The position numbers and the translations under genes were made by a program. Under the pieces are notes generated by a model. That model was not told where the DNA came from and made no database searches. It worked only from the letters and a program-made list of their open reading frames with translations. A DNA stretch of 64,000 nt from a virus (Duplodnaviria > Heunggongvirae > Uroviricota > Caudoviricetes), in the IMG/VR virus record IMGVR_UViG_3300035180_000678, one strand, 5' to 3'. Below, piece after piece: positions 35,512-46,233 of the stretch (positions are counted from its first letter, which is position 1; every line of letters starts with the position of its first letter).

Positions 35512-38505
35512 TCACACCTTGTTTTGAAGAACCGTCAACTTGGAGTCGTAGACCCCGAAGGCATTGCTGCCGCTGCCGAGACAAGCCGCACCTGAGTTGG
35601 TAAACGCTCGGATGCCTGTTATTGTCACACGAACCCGGTAGTTATGCCCGGCGACAAGGTCCGATGCCGCTGTCGAAAGCGTTGTAGTCACATTAGCCAC
35701 GGCTTCCGATGTATTGGAACTTGTCTGACCACCTGCACAACGAATGATGCGATCAGAGGAGGCGATCATCGTGCTTGTCGTCGTATCATCCAATTGGATT
35801 CGCACAGAGCAGTTGTACAAAGACGGCCAACCTGTAGTGGAGCCGAGATAAAAGTCCAAGTCAACTTGATGAAGGAAGGTCACGAAACCGTTTGTCGCGG
35901 CAGTGAACGACACATCATGCACTGGAGAACTGAGCGGGTATGCATCCCAAGCTGTAGTGACAGCGGGCCAAACCGAATTGGTGGTTGAGAAGGAGTTGAT
36001 GACAACCGCCGTCACCGCACCAATCGCAATTTGGCTAGTCGTCAGCGTGCCACGAATGTTCGCTGCACCAACTTCCATTGCTCCAGAGCCACCAACACCC
36101 TTCGCCAGAACCCAACCTTGCGTACCGGGCGTGGTGATGATGCCGCTGCTGTTCACAACGCCATCCCAATCACTCGACGCGATGTAGTTGCCGATCTGAG
36201 CGTTCTGGATGGCTGCGGTGCCGATCATCACAGCCACATTGGACGCAGTGATCGGTTGATTGATCGCGAACGACATCGGGCCGAACTGAATCACGTTACC
36301 CGAGGCTGCATAGCTGCCCGGCATACCGGACCACGAGGCCATTTGGTAAATGTGAATCCGGTAGATCGCCGCACCACCAGCACCCGCAATCCAAGGGAAC
36401 TTCTGCCAGCCCGAAGTCGTCTGACTTGGAATGGTGATGATGTTGTCCACGTAGGTCGTGTGCGCCGAATTGGTGTACAGACGAACGAGATAGCCCGAGG
36501 GACCTCCGCCGTTGTTCGTCACCATGTTCATCATGAACGTGCCCGACAGGAACGAGCCTGCGGGGACCGGCACAGCGAAATCGTAGAAGTTCTGGATGCC
36601 TTGGTTGGCAGAGGCCGATGTCGTGTACTGGGCCACGTAAGGCGCATTCGACAGCGTGCTTGCTGTGCGGGCAGGCGCAGTGCCGTTCCAGTTTGCCCAA
36701 CCGTTCGGATAGGTGGATGTCCAGTCCGAGAAGTAAGGGTTGAAGCCGAGAGGGGCACTATCGTCGCCGCCCGGAATCTGAGCCGCAGACAGGATCGTAT
36801 TGCCCAGCGAGTCCTTGATGTCAAGGCCCGTCGAGTTGATCTTCGATGCACCAACCGTACCAGTGACCAGCAGGTTACCGTCAACCACTGCGCTGATGGT
36901 GACCCACGCAGAACCACTCCAGAACTTCGAGAGGCTGAAGTTGGCAGAGTTGTTGTACTCGCAAACGATGTCGTTGACGATGGGGCCACCAGAAGCTGAA
37001 GCAGCGGATGTAGCCGTCGAATCACTCCACGTCGAGCCAGCAATCGAGACGTAGAACGTCATCGAGCCACGTTGACCCGGAGAGCCGGTGGAACCTGTCG
37101 CTCCACCCTTCGACTTAGCGAAGGTGTAGACGAGGTCGATGTTCTTGCCAGCGTAGGTGCCACGGAGCGTTGCGCTCGATGTGTCCGATGTACAGCCCGT
37201 GACCGTGTAGATGCCGGTTGCAGCACCAATCGAAATGGTCAGGTTGCCCGAGGACTGCACAGAGAAGGCAGAGGACGTGGTGACATCCGTTGTGCCGCTG
37301 AAGACCTTGAAGACACCACCGGCCCCGCCGAACGTGCCACCATTACCTGCGCTGTCGGTTGCGACAGTGACCGCAGGGTTCGTCAGGTAGCCGACGATGT
37401 TGCCGGAACCTGCCACGAGCTTGACGACAGTGGTCTGGTCAGTGAAGCCAGAGAGTGATGCGCTCACCACTGCGTAGGCCACAGTCGAGCCCACAGCGAG
37501 GAACTGCGCATTCGTCATCGTGCGCTGGTTGCCAGTGCCCGAGAGCGAGATGGAGCCGAGAGACGTACCAGACGAGTCATAGCCCGTAGCCGTCCACGTC
37601 ACGGTGCCAGAGAGATTCTGAAGCTGTGCCGTGAAGGTGATCGTCTGCGAGGACGGGTTCGCCACAGGGGCGTTCGTGCCAACAGGACCGTCATACGTGA
37701 AGGTCTGAGCCGTGTAGGTCAGGGCTAGGTTTTGAGCCGTCGCACCGTTCGTGCCAGCCTTGGCACGGGACAAGGTGAAAATCTTGTCGAGGTTGATCGA
37801 GCCGAAGGTTGCCCGCAGCGTGATCGTTGTTTGGTCCTTCGCGCTGGGCCAGTTGCCAGTGAAGGAGTAGGAGCCGGTGGTGCCGTTGATCGAGCCCGTG
37901 ATGCTGTCGGGGTTGCCGCCAGAAGGGATCGAGAAGGTACAGGCACTGGTGACATCGTTGATGCCCTGATAGACCTTGAAGTTGCCAGAGGCACCCGTCC
38001 AAGTCAGGATGTTGCCGAGATAGTCGGCAGGCATCGTCAGGTTTTCGTTCGTCAGGAAGCCGTTCAGGGAGTCGATACCCTCCCGGCACTTGACGAACGT
38101 CATCGTGTCAGTATACGTGTGTCCACCTTCAGTAGCCGAGATTTGCAGAGTCACCGTGTCGGTGGTCATCTGCGTGTCGGTAAAGGTGAATTGCAGCGAG
38201 CCGTTCAGGCTCGGTGTAACTGACATTGTACCACCACCCGAGGCAATTGTCAACGTCGGTGTTGCGGTGATGTTACGAACCACCGCTGTCAGGGTAATCG
38301 AGGATGGACTTGTAGAGCCCGTCTTCGGAATCTGGAAGATTTGGGACGAGGCTTGAATGAAGATTTGCTTCGTCCCCTCCACCACCAGCCCAAGGCCAGT
38401 GACGTTCGATTGGGGAATGCTGACGTTTCCGCCAATCGTCACGCCGAGAAGCCGAGGGCTAGTAGCCTGAAGCTGAACGTCCCGAGCATTGACAATTGTT
38501 GCCAT
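35512..38505 (-). CDS. large tail fiber / host-specificity protein
   Basis: 997 aa. Repetitive T/S/G-rich beta-rich composition. Directly downstream of the tail tip protein. Confidence 0.6.
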   Translation of the reverse strand: MATIVNARDVQLQATSPRLLGVTIGGNVSIPQSNVTGLGLVVEGTKQIFIQASSQIFQIPKTGSTSPSSITLTAVVRNITATPTLTIASGGGTMSVTPSLNGSLQFTFTDTQMTTDTVTLQISATEGGHTYTDTMTFVKCREGIDSLNGFLTNENLTMPADYLGNILTWTGASGNFKVYQGINDVTSACTFSIPSGGNPDSITGSINGTTGSYSFTGNWPSAKDQTTITLRATFGSINLDKIFTLSRAKAGTNGATAQNLALTYTAQTFTYDGPVGTNAPVANPSSQTITFTAQLQNLSGTVTWTATGYDSSGTSLGSISLSGTGNQRTMTNAQFLAVGSTVAYAVVSASLSGFTDQTTVVKLVAGSGNIVGYLTNPAVTVATDSAGNGGTFGGAGGVFKVFSGTTDVTTSSAFSVQSSGNLTISIGAATGIYTVTGCTSDTSSATLRGTYAGKNIDLVYTFAKSKGGATGSTGSPGQRGSMTFYVSIAGSTWSDSTATSAASASGGPIVNDIVCEYNNSANFSLSKFWSGSAWVTISAVVDGNLLVTGTVGASKINSTGLDIKDSLGNTILSAAQIPGGDDSAPLGFNPYFSDWTSTYPNGWANWNGTAPARTASTLSNAPYVAQYTTSASANQGIQNFYDFAVPVPAGSFLSGTFMMNMVTNNGGGPSGYLVRLYTNSAHTTYVDNIITIPSQTTSGWQKFPWIAGAGGAAIYRIHIYQMASWSGMPGSYAASGNVIQFGPMSFAINQPITASNVAVMIGTAAIQNAQIGNYIASSDWDGVVNSSGIITTPGTQGWVLAKGVGGSGAMEVGAANIRGTLTTSQIAIGAVTAVVINSFSTTNSVWPAVTTAWDAYPLSSPVHDVSFTAATNGFVTFLHQVDLDFYLGSTTGWPSLYNCSVRIQLDDTTTSTMIASSDRIIRCAGGQTSSNTSEAVANVTTTLSTAASDLVAGHNYRVRVTITGIRAFTNSGAACLGSGSNAFGVYDSKLTVLQNKV

Positions 38506-40578
38506 TTAGATAAGCACCTCAAAGTCTACGTGAGGGTTGAGCAAGTCAACCGAAATGGATGTGATTTGCCCCGTCTTACCGGACACCAAACCAAACCGAG
38601 GATGTGTGAGGGTCTGCGCACCCCCCAGCGTCTCATTGATGAGATGGTAGAAGCCGGTGTACTTCAGAACCATGCGCTGATGGTTGAACATATTGAGCCG
38701 ACGAACAGCCTCTGTAGCCGCATCAGAAGCCGTCTGGAGCAACGTTTCCGTCATCACAGGGGTCTGGTACAGGTTGTAGTTCGCAGCCGCCGCAGAGTCC
38801 GTTTGCGTGCTCGTCAGCCACTCTTCTTGGAAGAGAGCAGCGGAGGACGTATCCAGCCCAGCAGCAAGGTCCGACTGCACTGTCCAGTTCTTGCAGTAGC
38901 CGAGAGAGATGCCCGCACTCACGGGAGGGAGGGATGCAATCTCAAGCGTGTGCTCAAGAATGTCCGTCGTCGTGATCTGCGTGCCTGTCCCTGCCGTCTG
39001 GTCAGCGAACTGAACCACCTGAACAAGACCAGTACCGTCGATAACCAAACGAGCACCTACGCTTGCAGCAAGCTGGTTGCACACGTCGATCATGTTGGCG
39101 CGATCCTTCAGGAAGATGCCAACGGGCTGCCGGAAAGTTGCTTCCGACTTGATCCAAGCCAGAGAGTTGTAGTCCGCGTCCGTGAACAGGTTCGCGGCGA
39201 CAGAACTCCACACCTTCGTGATGTACTTGATGATTTCGCAAGGCGAGTTGCGGAAGACCGCACCAGCACTCACCACAGCACCATTCCAGAAGCTAGAGGG
39301 GTACGTGGTGTATTCCAACTGAGCGCCGCCCACATACGCGTAAGTGGTGGAGCCATCTCCTGCGAAGGTGAAAGAGTTGGATGCATCCCGGAGGCGAATT
39401 CGGCAAGAGCGGCCTGTCGTGGAGCTATTGGGCTTGCCCGCGAGCCACACACGCCACCAACCGTTCGCCAGAGCGACAGCCCCGTAGCCGTCAATGCTGA
39501 AGCCTGTGCCAGCGTTGTTCGCCACAGTCACAACACCAGTGGTTGTGTTGACGTTGCTAGTGATGTAGTCCGCGCCCCCACCGTCGTACATGATGAGGTC
39601 AACCTGCGTACCAACCGCGAGCTTCACAAACACCGAGAAACAAGTTGTGGTGTTTGCCGTGATGCCGCTCGATGTGATTCGGTAAAGCTGATGAGCCGAG
39701 TTGGTTACGGTTGGAACCATCCCGTAAGACGAGCAACCTCCCACCGCGCCGTAAGGCCCCGTCACCGGGTTTGTGGAGAGGCTGTTAATGTTCAACCGGG
39801 TCCAACTACCAGAGGTCAGAACGTCATCCGTCCAGAGGATGTTGGTGGGGATAACCGCACCTTGCACGCTGCACGTGATTTGACCGATTGGGGCTTGGTT
39901 CAAAGTGAACTTGCCCGTCGCTGGCGTCGAAGAGAAAGAAACAGGAACCCCGTTGTCCCGAACCTCGATGATGCTCTCGATAGGGCCTTGATGGACCTGA
40001 TACTCAAGGAGCGAGGGATTCGTAAGGAGCGGAGACACATTGTGACATTCGCCAAAGCAAAGAGGGAGCAGGCTATCGTAAAGCTGCGTTGTGCCTCCCA
40101 GCTTAGTCTCAGTCAACGTCGTGTTGAGACGTTGGAGTTTGTCACTGATGTGAATGTTGAGCACGGTGCGGCTCTTGGCGTCAATGCCAAGCGTCGTCCC
40201 GCTGAATACGGAGCGGAAGTCACTGCGAGCCCAAGTCACGTCTCCGAGGTACACACGAAATGTGCGATTCGCCCAGTAGTCGTAGACCCAAGAGTCCAGT
40301 GCTCCGTCGTTGTTTGCCAGTTCGATGTCACCGAAACTGAGCGACACGTCGCCCCCGTCCAACGAGAAGCTGCGTGTGAACTTAATGCCGTCGTTGATTC
40401 GAGGGAGGTAGTAGACATTCGCGGGCGTGTCCGTGGGGAACGTGTTGTACCCCTTATTGGACAAATAGCGGGTGGTTGTCCCACCCGCTGCCAGTCCGAT
40501 ATCTACTTCAACCAGAATGCAACGCACAGCCAGCGGGCTGCGAAGCCACGCTGTGTACTGTGTGTCACTGATCGTCAT
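38506..40578 (-). CDS. tail tip / host specificity (gpJ-like) protein
   Basis: 690-aa ORF immediately downstream of the tape measure gene, which is the canonical siphovirus position. Confidence 0.55.
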   Translation of the reverse strand: MTISDTQYTAWLRSPLAVRCILVEVDIGLAAGGTTTRYLSNKGYNTFPTDTPANVYYLPRINDGIKFTRSFSLDGGDVSLSFGDIELANNDGALDSWVYDYWANRTFRVYLGDVTWARSDFRSVFSGTTLGIDAKSRTVLNIHISDKLQRLNTTLTETKLGGTTQLYDSLLPLCFGECHNVSPLLTNPSLLEYQVHQGPIESIIEVRDNGVPVSFSSTPATGKFTLNQAPIGQITCSVQGAVIPTNILWTDDVLTSGSWTRLNINSLSTNPVTGPYGAVGGCSSYGMVPTVTNSAHQLYRITSSGITANTTTCFSVFVKLAVGTQVDLIMYDGGGADYITSNVNTTTGVVTVANNAGTGFSIDGYGAVALANGWWRVWLAGKPNSSTTGRSCRIRLRDASNSFTFAGDGSTTYAYVGGAQLEYTTYPSSFWNGAVVSAGAVFRNSPCEIIKYITKVWSSVAANLFTDADYNSLAWIKSEATFRQPVGIFLKDRANMIDVCNQLAASVGARLVIDGTGLVQVVQFADQTAGTGTQITTTDILEHTLEIASLPPVSAGISLGYCKNWTVQSDLAAGLDTSSAALFQEEWLTSTQTDSAAAANYNLYQTPVMTETLLQTASDAATEAVRRLNMFNHQRMVLKYTGFYHLINETLGGAQTLTHPRFGLVSGKTGQITSISVDLLNPHVDFEVLI

Positions 40579-43500
40579 GCGAGAGTAGCCTTAGCCTTTC
40601 CTGCGTAGTTGGTTGTCTTCGCCGCTTCCTTCTGACCGTTCACAATCGTGCGAGCCGATTGATCGTGGGCAGCCATGTTCGACGTGATGAGAGCCGATGT
40701 TTGCTTCGCAGCATCTTCTCGGAGAGCCGTCACTTCCATCCGCAGGTTGCGAATTTCTTGAGCCATGTCGCCAGTGTCCGAACCTTGTTGGTTGTAGGCA
40801 CGGGCTTCAGAGGCCGTCAGGACTCGTTCGCCTTGGTGGAGTTCAGCACGGTAGCCGTCGAACGGCACGCTTGCCAGACCCATTGCGTGAGAACCATCAA
40901 GCTGACCGCTGCCATCCGTGAGGGTGACAGTGCCCGCCACAATGGTGTTCGCTTCGATCACCGCTTGGAGAGCGGCAATCGCGTCCGTCACCGACATCAC
41001 GCTCGTGTTGATCGTGATGAGGGAACCGACTTGCGTGTTCAGCGCATCGAGTTGCTGTTGGGCCACCGAGACTTGATCTGCCGTGTACGAGGCCATCGCA
41101 GCGGTGTCGCTGGCAACCTTGCTGTAGTCAGACGAGTATTGGTCACCCGAAGCGTACATGCCCCGCGAGGCATTCAGGAAGTCCGTCGCGGCTTGTTGGT
41201 ATTCACCAATCGCTGTCTGGTCACCCGCCATCGCGCGCTGTTGCACGTCTTGGTAGTGAGCCAGTTCGTCCTGATACTTCTGCATCGGCGTCTCTGTAGA
41301 GAGGTCGCCAACCTTCAGTGTCAGTTGGAAGTCCGACAGGGTCTTCGCAAAGCCTTGGAACGTGCTGATCGTGTTGTCCAGCGCGTCCTTCTGAGCGTTG
41401 TAGGCATCGGTCAGCTTGCCTTGAGCATCGCTGATTGCCGACGACATGCCGTCCATCAGATCACTGAACGAACCCGACAGTCCGATCACCTTCACTGCGA
41501 GTGCTTGACTTGCAGCGTCACCCGACATGAGCGAGTTGACGAGGTCACGGAAAGCTTGCTTCGATGCGGGCATTTGGAGTCCGAGGGCAGCGAACTGACC
41601 GCTCATATCCGCAAGACCCATCTGAACGCGTTCGGCGTCCGAGAAGAAGTTCTTGTTGTAGTCCGACAGCGATTGCGTCAGCACGTCCATACCACCAGCC
41701 GCACGAATGAGGTCGGAGGTGACGTTCACAGCACCGAGGCCAACGTCCTTGAAGCCCTTGCGGATGTCAAGAAGCGCAGCATACGTCTTCGCGATTTCAG
41801 CCGCCGTGCCTTGCATGGTCTGGATGATGTCACCGATGCCGGTGCCAGCTTCCTTCACTTCAATGCTTTGACGGACGATTTCCGCGCCGATGTCACCTTG
41901 CTTGTTGATTATATCCGTGAAGGACACGGCTGTCAAGCCAAGCTTGCCGAGTTCGTAGTTCGCTTGATCGACGCCAGTCGCAACACGCACGGCAGTGTCG
42001 AGCAGACCTTCACCCGCATGTTGGAACGACGAGATGGTAGGACCGAGAGCCGCAGTAGCGAGTTGGTCACCGAACGCAGAGAACACAGCTTCAAGTTGCT
42101 TTTGAATCTCGTCCGAGCTAAGACCCTTGAGCGAGAGGTTGCCGAGATTCAGTTGAACCTTGGCGAGTTCCGCACTCACAGTCGTCGCGTCCATGCCGAG
42201 AGCCGTAGCAGCCTGAGTCACCGTGGACACCATTTGAGCAATCACGTCAGTGAACTGCGCAGATGTCGTCGGGTCGAGAGATTGCGTATTGCGTTGCGTC
42301 GAATCGCTGTACGTCATCCACAGCGCCTTCTTCTTCGTCTCGATGTCTTGGTACGTAGAGCCTTGGAAGCCGCCAGAGAGGATGTCACCAACCGATTGAG
42401 AACCGGCAGTGATGCCCGAGTCAACCAGCGATGTCGAAGTGCCGAAGCCGGAAATCTTCTGCATGAACGAGCCCAGCGGACCGAGCAGATTCATGAGGAA
42501 GTCAGGGTGCAGACTGAGCGCACCAACGAGGCCGTTACCAGCACCGTAGGTCTTGCTGTTCTGATACCCAGCACCAGTCAGGAGCGAAGAGTTACCACGA
42601 AGCAGGTAGCTCGTGACGCCCGCGAGAGAGTCTTGAATGCTTTGCAGCGAGTAGAGCATCCCTTGCGAGTAGGACAGCGAGATGTCGCTGTTGTCCTTGA
42701 GCGCCTTGATGCCGTCAGCAATCGATGTGGATTGCTTGGAAGCGTCACCGAGGACGGTGCCAGTGCCTTGCACAGCCTGACGATCCGCAGCGAGGTGAGC
42801 GCCACCAGAGCCACCAGCAGTAACCGCGAAGCCCAACGCAGCCATGATCGCAGCCATAGCTGCCATCCGGAAGAACGCCGAGTACGGATCACCGTTAGCT
42901 TGGTTGGCAACACCAGCCACAGCAGCCGATGTACCCATAGCCATGTTCGCACCGATGACCGCAGGAGCCGCTGCAACAGCCGAGGCCGCGACAATTTCGT
43001 GCCCAGCCACTTGCGCTGTAGTAGCCGCCGTGGTTTGCGTCATCTGCATCGTGAACTGTTCAAGCTGCATAGCCATCTGGTAGAGCCGGAAGCCCTTCTC
43101 GATGTCGGCCATGATCTTGTAGCCACGCGAGTTCTCCTTGAAGAACCCCTTCGCAGATTCAGCCATGTCCGCGTATGCGCCAGCTTGAGCTTCAGATTGA
43201 GCAACCGCAAGTTCCTTGAAAGCTTCTTCTTGCTTCTTCGGGTCTTGAATCTTGCTGGCATCTTCTGCCGCAGCCTTGAACTGGCCTTGCTTGTCCATCC
43301 ACTTCTGAGCAGCGAGGACCATGCCGCCGAAAGCCTGCCCGATCTTCCCGAACGACTTTTGAGCCGCTGTGGAGAAGTCTTCAAGCTTCTTGGCGTCCAT
43401 CGCCTTAGCGAAAGCAGACTCAGCGTCCTTGCCGCCGATGATGCCCTTCCAGTGGGCGATCTGTTGGAGAGCGTCACGTTGACGGATGAGAGCCGCGAGG

Positions 43501-45740
43501 TACTTTTCGTCCCGCGAATCGTCGCTCATGCCTTCAAGCTCCGCGATCTTCGCGTTGAGTTGAGCAGCCGTGTACTCTTCCACTGCGCCCTTCAGCAGAC
43601 CATACGTGACGGCCTTAGCTTGGAGTTGTGCAGCTTCTTGTTCCAGCGTTGTCGCACGCGATTCAGCGTTCTTGTCGAGCTTCGCTTCCGCGTCAATCGC
43701 ACCTTGAAGACTGTTGACGTACTGTTCGAGGCCCGCGTTGATCTTTGCTTGCCCGATCTGTGCGTCGAGGTCTGCCTTCTTTTGAGCCGCGAGGCGGGCG
43801 TCCAGACCCTTCGAGGCGTCACCGTCGAGGGCGATGCGTTCGGCGAGAAGCTTGTTCAGTTCTCGTTGTGCCGGACCCAGCTTGTCAGCTTCAGAGCCCA
43901 TCGAGAGAAGACGGGTCTTCTTCTCAATCAGGTCTGCATACTGAGCATTGAGTTGGGCCATCGCATTCGCAGCATGACGAGCATCCGCGTCGAGAGCCTT
44001 TTCAATCTTGTCGTCAGTGTGAGGGGGTTCAGGCGGACCCTTCTTGTCACTCACCTTGTCGATGTGCTTCTGCATCTTGTCAAAAGCTGCACCAACATCC
44101 TCTGCACCACTGAGCAGAGTTTCGAGCGCGCCATGACCTTCCGCAATAGGCTTCTCAAGAGAGTTGGCCCATGCGTGGCCCTTCGCGAAGAAGGACTCGA
44201 TCTTGGCATCTGCACCCGCGAACTCATCCGTCAGGTTGGAGGCACGTTGGCTGGCTTCTTGGAGGGACTTCGACAGGCCATCCATGTGCAGCTTCGATGC
44301 CACTTCTGCCATGTACTTGAACATGCCCGTGAGCAGTTCTTCAAGCGTACCAAGCAGTTCGATAACGATTTGCAGAGGCGAGACGAGCACTGCACCAATG
44401 GTGAGGCCAACATCCGCAAACGAGGCAACAACGACCTTCAGGATGTCTTCGATACCCGCCAGCATGACGCGAGCGGTGAACAGCCCAAGACCGATGACGT
44501 TGACTTCGCCACCCGCCGTGGAGATAGAACCGAGCAGACCACCGAAGGCTGTTGCGATGCCCCAAGCGTCCTTAGCAATGCCCTTCACTTGAAGCCAAAT
44601 CTGGCCCAGCGAATCGCGGTTCTCATTCACCCACTTCAGGATTTCCGTGAAGGCTTGACCCAGCGAGTTAGCAACCTCCGGGATGATGCTGCGCAGAAGG
44701 TCGAGAACGCCAACGACGCCGCTGGAGAACTGCGTCTCCTGACCCATCTGGCCGATGGAGCGTTCCCATTCGTTCTTGACTTGAACCCACGCTTGAGCAA
44801 CGGTGCGAGGCATCTCGTTGAACTCAGCGTCGAGCTTGTCCTTGTTTGCCTTCAGGGCTTCAACGATCTTGTCGCCCGTGATTTCACGGTTGGTCACAGC
44901 CTTACGGAATTCCGAGGCAGTCATGCCAAGTTGATCGCGAAGAATCTGGAGGAACTTCGGAGCTTCCTGAGCCATCGAGTTGTACGCCCGGCCCGTCATC
45001 CAACCTTCCGTCATGGAGTGGTTGAACGCCAGCATCGCGGATTGCGTTTCACGTGTGCTCAGACCCGAGACTCGGATGACCTTCGAGAACGTATCGACGG
45101 TGTCAACCACGTCCTTTGTGGAGTAGCCCATCTTCTGCATCACAGGCTGCAAACGGGTGAGCATGTTCACCTGTTCTTCGAGCGGGATGCGGACGGACTG
45201 CGAGGACTTGAAGAGCGCGTCCTGCACGGCGGCAGCTTGGCTCGCCGAGCCCGTGACGATCTTCAAACGGGCAGCTTGGTTTTGCCACGCATCGTTCACT
45301 TCGACGATGCTGTGAGCAAGCTCGATGCCCTTGTAAATGACGAATGCCGAAGTCATCGCACGGAAGGTCGTGCTGAAGATGCTCATGCGTTCGTGAGATT
45401 CGCGAGTGGCGGCAGACAAGTCCTTCGTCTTCTTCGTCACATCTTCCATCGTGGCAGCCATCTGAGAGATGGCCTTCGATGCAGTGGCAGCCTGCGCATT
45501 GATCTGCGCGAGGACAGTGCCGAGATTACCGAGGCTTGCTGCCCACGCGGAGGCTGTACCCGACGTGTTCAGAGCCATCATCTTGCCAAGCGAGTCCGTC
45601 AGCTTGGTGACATTGCGTTCAGCGGTCGCAGCAGCGCCAGCAAGACCCCCACGGCCATTACCACCGTTGAGGGCCTTCGTTGCTGTCTCGATACCATTCG
45701 AGGTGACTTCAATGGCAAGACGAGAAACGTCCATCGTCAT
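40575..45740 (-). CDS. tail tape measure protein
   Basis: 1721 aa, largely alpha-helical A/Q/L/E-rich. Sits downstream of the G/GT chaperone pair. Confidence 0.8.
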   Translation of the reverse strand: MTMDVSRLAIEVTSNGIETATKALNGGNGRGGLAGAAATAERNVTKLTDSLGKMMALNTSGTASAWAASLGNLGTVLAQINAQAATASKAISQMAATMEDVTKKTKDLSAATRESHERMSIFSTTFRAMTSAFVIYKGIELAHSIVEVNDAWQNQAARLKIVTGSASQAAAVQDALFKSSQSVRIPLEEQVNMLTRLQPVMQKMGYSTKDVVDTVDTFSKVIRVSGLSTRETQSAMLAFNHSMTEGWMTGRAYNSMAQEAPKFLQILRDQLGMTASEFRKAVTNREITGDKIVEALKANKDKLDAEFNEMPRTVAQAWVQVKNEWERSIGQMGQETQFSSGVVGVLDLLRSIIPEVANSLGQAFTEILKWVNENRDSLGQIWLQVKGIAKDAWGIATAFGGLLGSISTAGGEVNVIGLGLFTARVMLAGIEDILKVVVASFADVGLTIGAVLVSPLQIVIELLGTLEELLTGMFKYMAEVASKLHMDGLSKSLQEASQRASNLTDEFAGADAKIESFFAKGHAWANSLEKPIAEGHGALETLLSGAEDVGAAFDKMQKHIDKVSDKKGPPEPPHTDDKIEKALDADARHAANAMAQLNAQYADLIEKKTRLLSMGSEADKLGPAQRELNKLLAERIALDGDASKGLDARLAAQKKADLDAQIGQAKINAGLEQYVNSLQGAIDAEAKLDKNAESRATTLEQEAAQLQAKAVTYGLLKGAVEEYTAAQLNAKIAELEGMSDDSRDEKYLAALIRQRDALQQIAHWKGIIGGKDAESAFAKAMDAKKLEDFSTAAQKSFGKIGQAFGGMVLAAQKWMDKQGQFKAAAEDASKIQDPKKQEEAFKELAVAQSEAQAGAYADMAESAKGFFKENSRGYKIMADIEKGFRLYQMAMQLEQFTMQMTQTTAATTAQVAGHEIVAASAVAAAPAVIGANMAMGTSAAVAGVANQANGDPYSAFFRMAAMAAIMAALGFAVTAGGSGGAHLAADRQAVQGTGTVLGDASKQSTSIADGIKALKDNSDISLSYSQGMLYSLQSIQDSLAGVTSYLLRGNSSLLTGAGYQNSKTYGAGNGLVGALSLHPDFLMNLLGPLGSFMQKISGFGTSTSLVDSGITAGSQSVGDILSGGFQGSTYQDIETKKKALWMTYSDSTQRNTQSLDPTTSAQFTDVIAQMVSTVTQAATALGMDATTVSAELAKVQLNLGNLSLKGLSSDEIQKQLEAVFSAFGDQLATAALGPTISSFQHAGEGLLDTAVRVATGVDQANYELGKLGLTAVSFTDIINKQGDIGAEIVRQSIEVKEAGTGIGDIIQTMQGTAAEIAKTYAALLDIRKGFKDVGLGAVNVTSDLIRAAGGMDVLTQSLSDYNKNFFSDAERVQMGLADMSGQFAALGLQMPASKQAFRDLVNSLMSGDAASQALAVKVIGLSGSFSDLMDGMSSAISDAQGKLTDAYNAQKDALDNTISTFQGFAKTLSDFQLTLKVGDLSTETPMQKYQDELAHYQDVQQRAMAGDQTAIGEYQQAATDFLNASRGMYASGDQYSSDYSKVASDTAAMASYTADQVSVAQQQLDALNTQVGSLITINTSVMSVTDAIAALQAVIEANTIVAGTVTLTDGSGQLDGSHAMGLASVPFDGYRAELHQGERVLTASEARAYNQQGSDTGDMAQEIRNLRMEVTALREDAAKQTSALITSNMAAHDQSARTIVNGQKEAAKTTNYAGKAKATLA

Positions 45741-46213
45741 TGGTCTGTGTCCTTTTCTACAAGTGCCTCTTCGGCGGGTTCTGTCGGAGTCTTTCGGATG
45801 AACTTCGAGAGCACAGACAGAATCTTCGTCTGAACACGCTCACGGTCGATGTTGTCCAGGTCTTCTTCGTGAATGTACGGAGCCGGTCGGTCAGCCTTTG
45901 TGGCCTGCACCAACTCAGAAACGTATTCCTCGCTGAGTCGCTTGATGGTGGTCCGCTCCCACATGGAGAGTTCACGTTCGGTGACCCGAAGCCATGCATC
46001 AATTTCGACCCATGAAATAGGAACTGGCCCCATGCCACCAGAGGACATGAGGCCAGCTTCTTGCAGCAGACCTAGGAGGTAACCAGCCGCGTGTTCAGTT
46101 TCGATGTCGGGCATACGCAGCAACGGATGTTCGGGGTCCGAGGCTGTGTATTTCGCGAATCGTGATTTCTTGTCCCCTTCTGGTATCGCGTGCAGCCACC
46201 CGAGGTGGCGCAC
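45737..46213 (-). CDS. tail assembly chaperone, T portion (expressed by -1 frameshift as G-T fusion)
   Basis: The frame is continuous with the -1 frame of the upstream G gene from the slippery site. The ORF begins VRHLGWLHAIPEG. Confidence 0.5.
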   Translation of the reverse strand: MRHLGWLHAIPEGDKKSRFAKYTASDPEHPLLRMPDIETEHAAGYLLGLLQEAGLMSSGGMGPVPISWVEIDAWLRVTERELSMWERTTIKRLSEEYVSELVQATKADRPAPYIHEEDLDNIDRERVQTKILSVLSKFIRKTPTEPAEEALVEKDTDQ

Positions 46214-46233
46214 GTACAGACTAAGCGACTCGC

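Noticed and set aside
36031-36999. 322-aa plus-strand ORF inside the large tail fiber gene
   Set aside because: Antisense of the fiber gene. Arg-rich and motif-free.
38341-40608. 755-aa plus-strand ORF
   Set aside because: Antisense to the tail tip protein gene. Arg/Val-rich junk composition.
40659-45833. 1724-aa plus-strand ORF
   Set aside because: It is the exact antisense of the tape measure gene. Its product is low-complexity Arg/Leu/Val-rich with no motifs. It is a stop-codon-poor frame typical of high-GC DNA.
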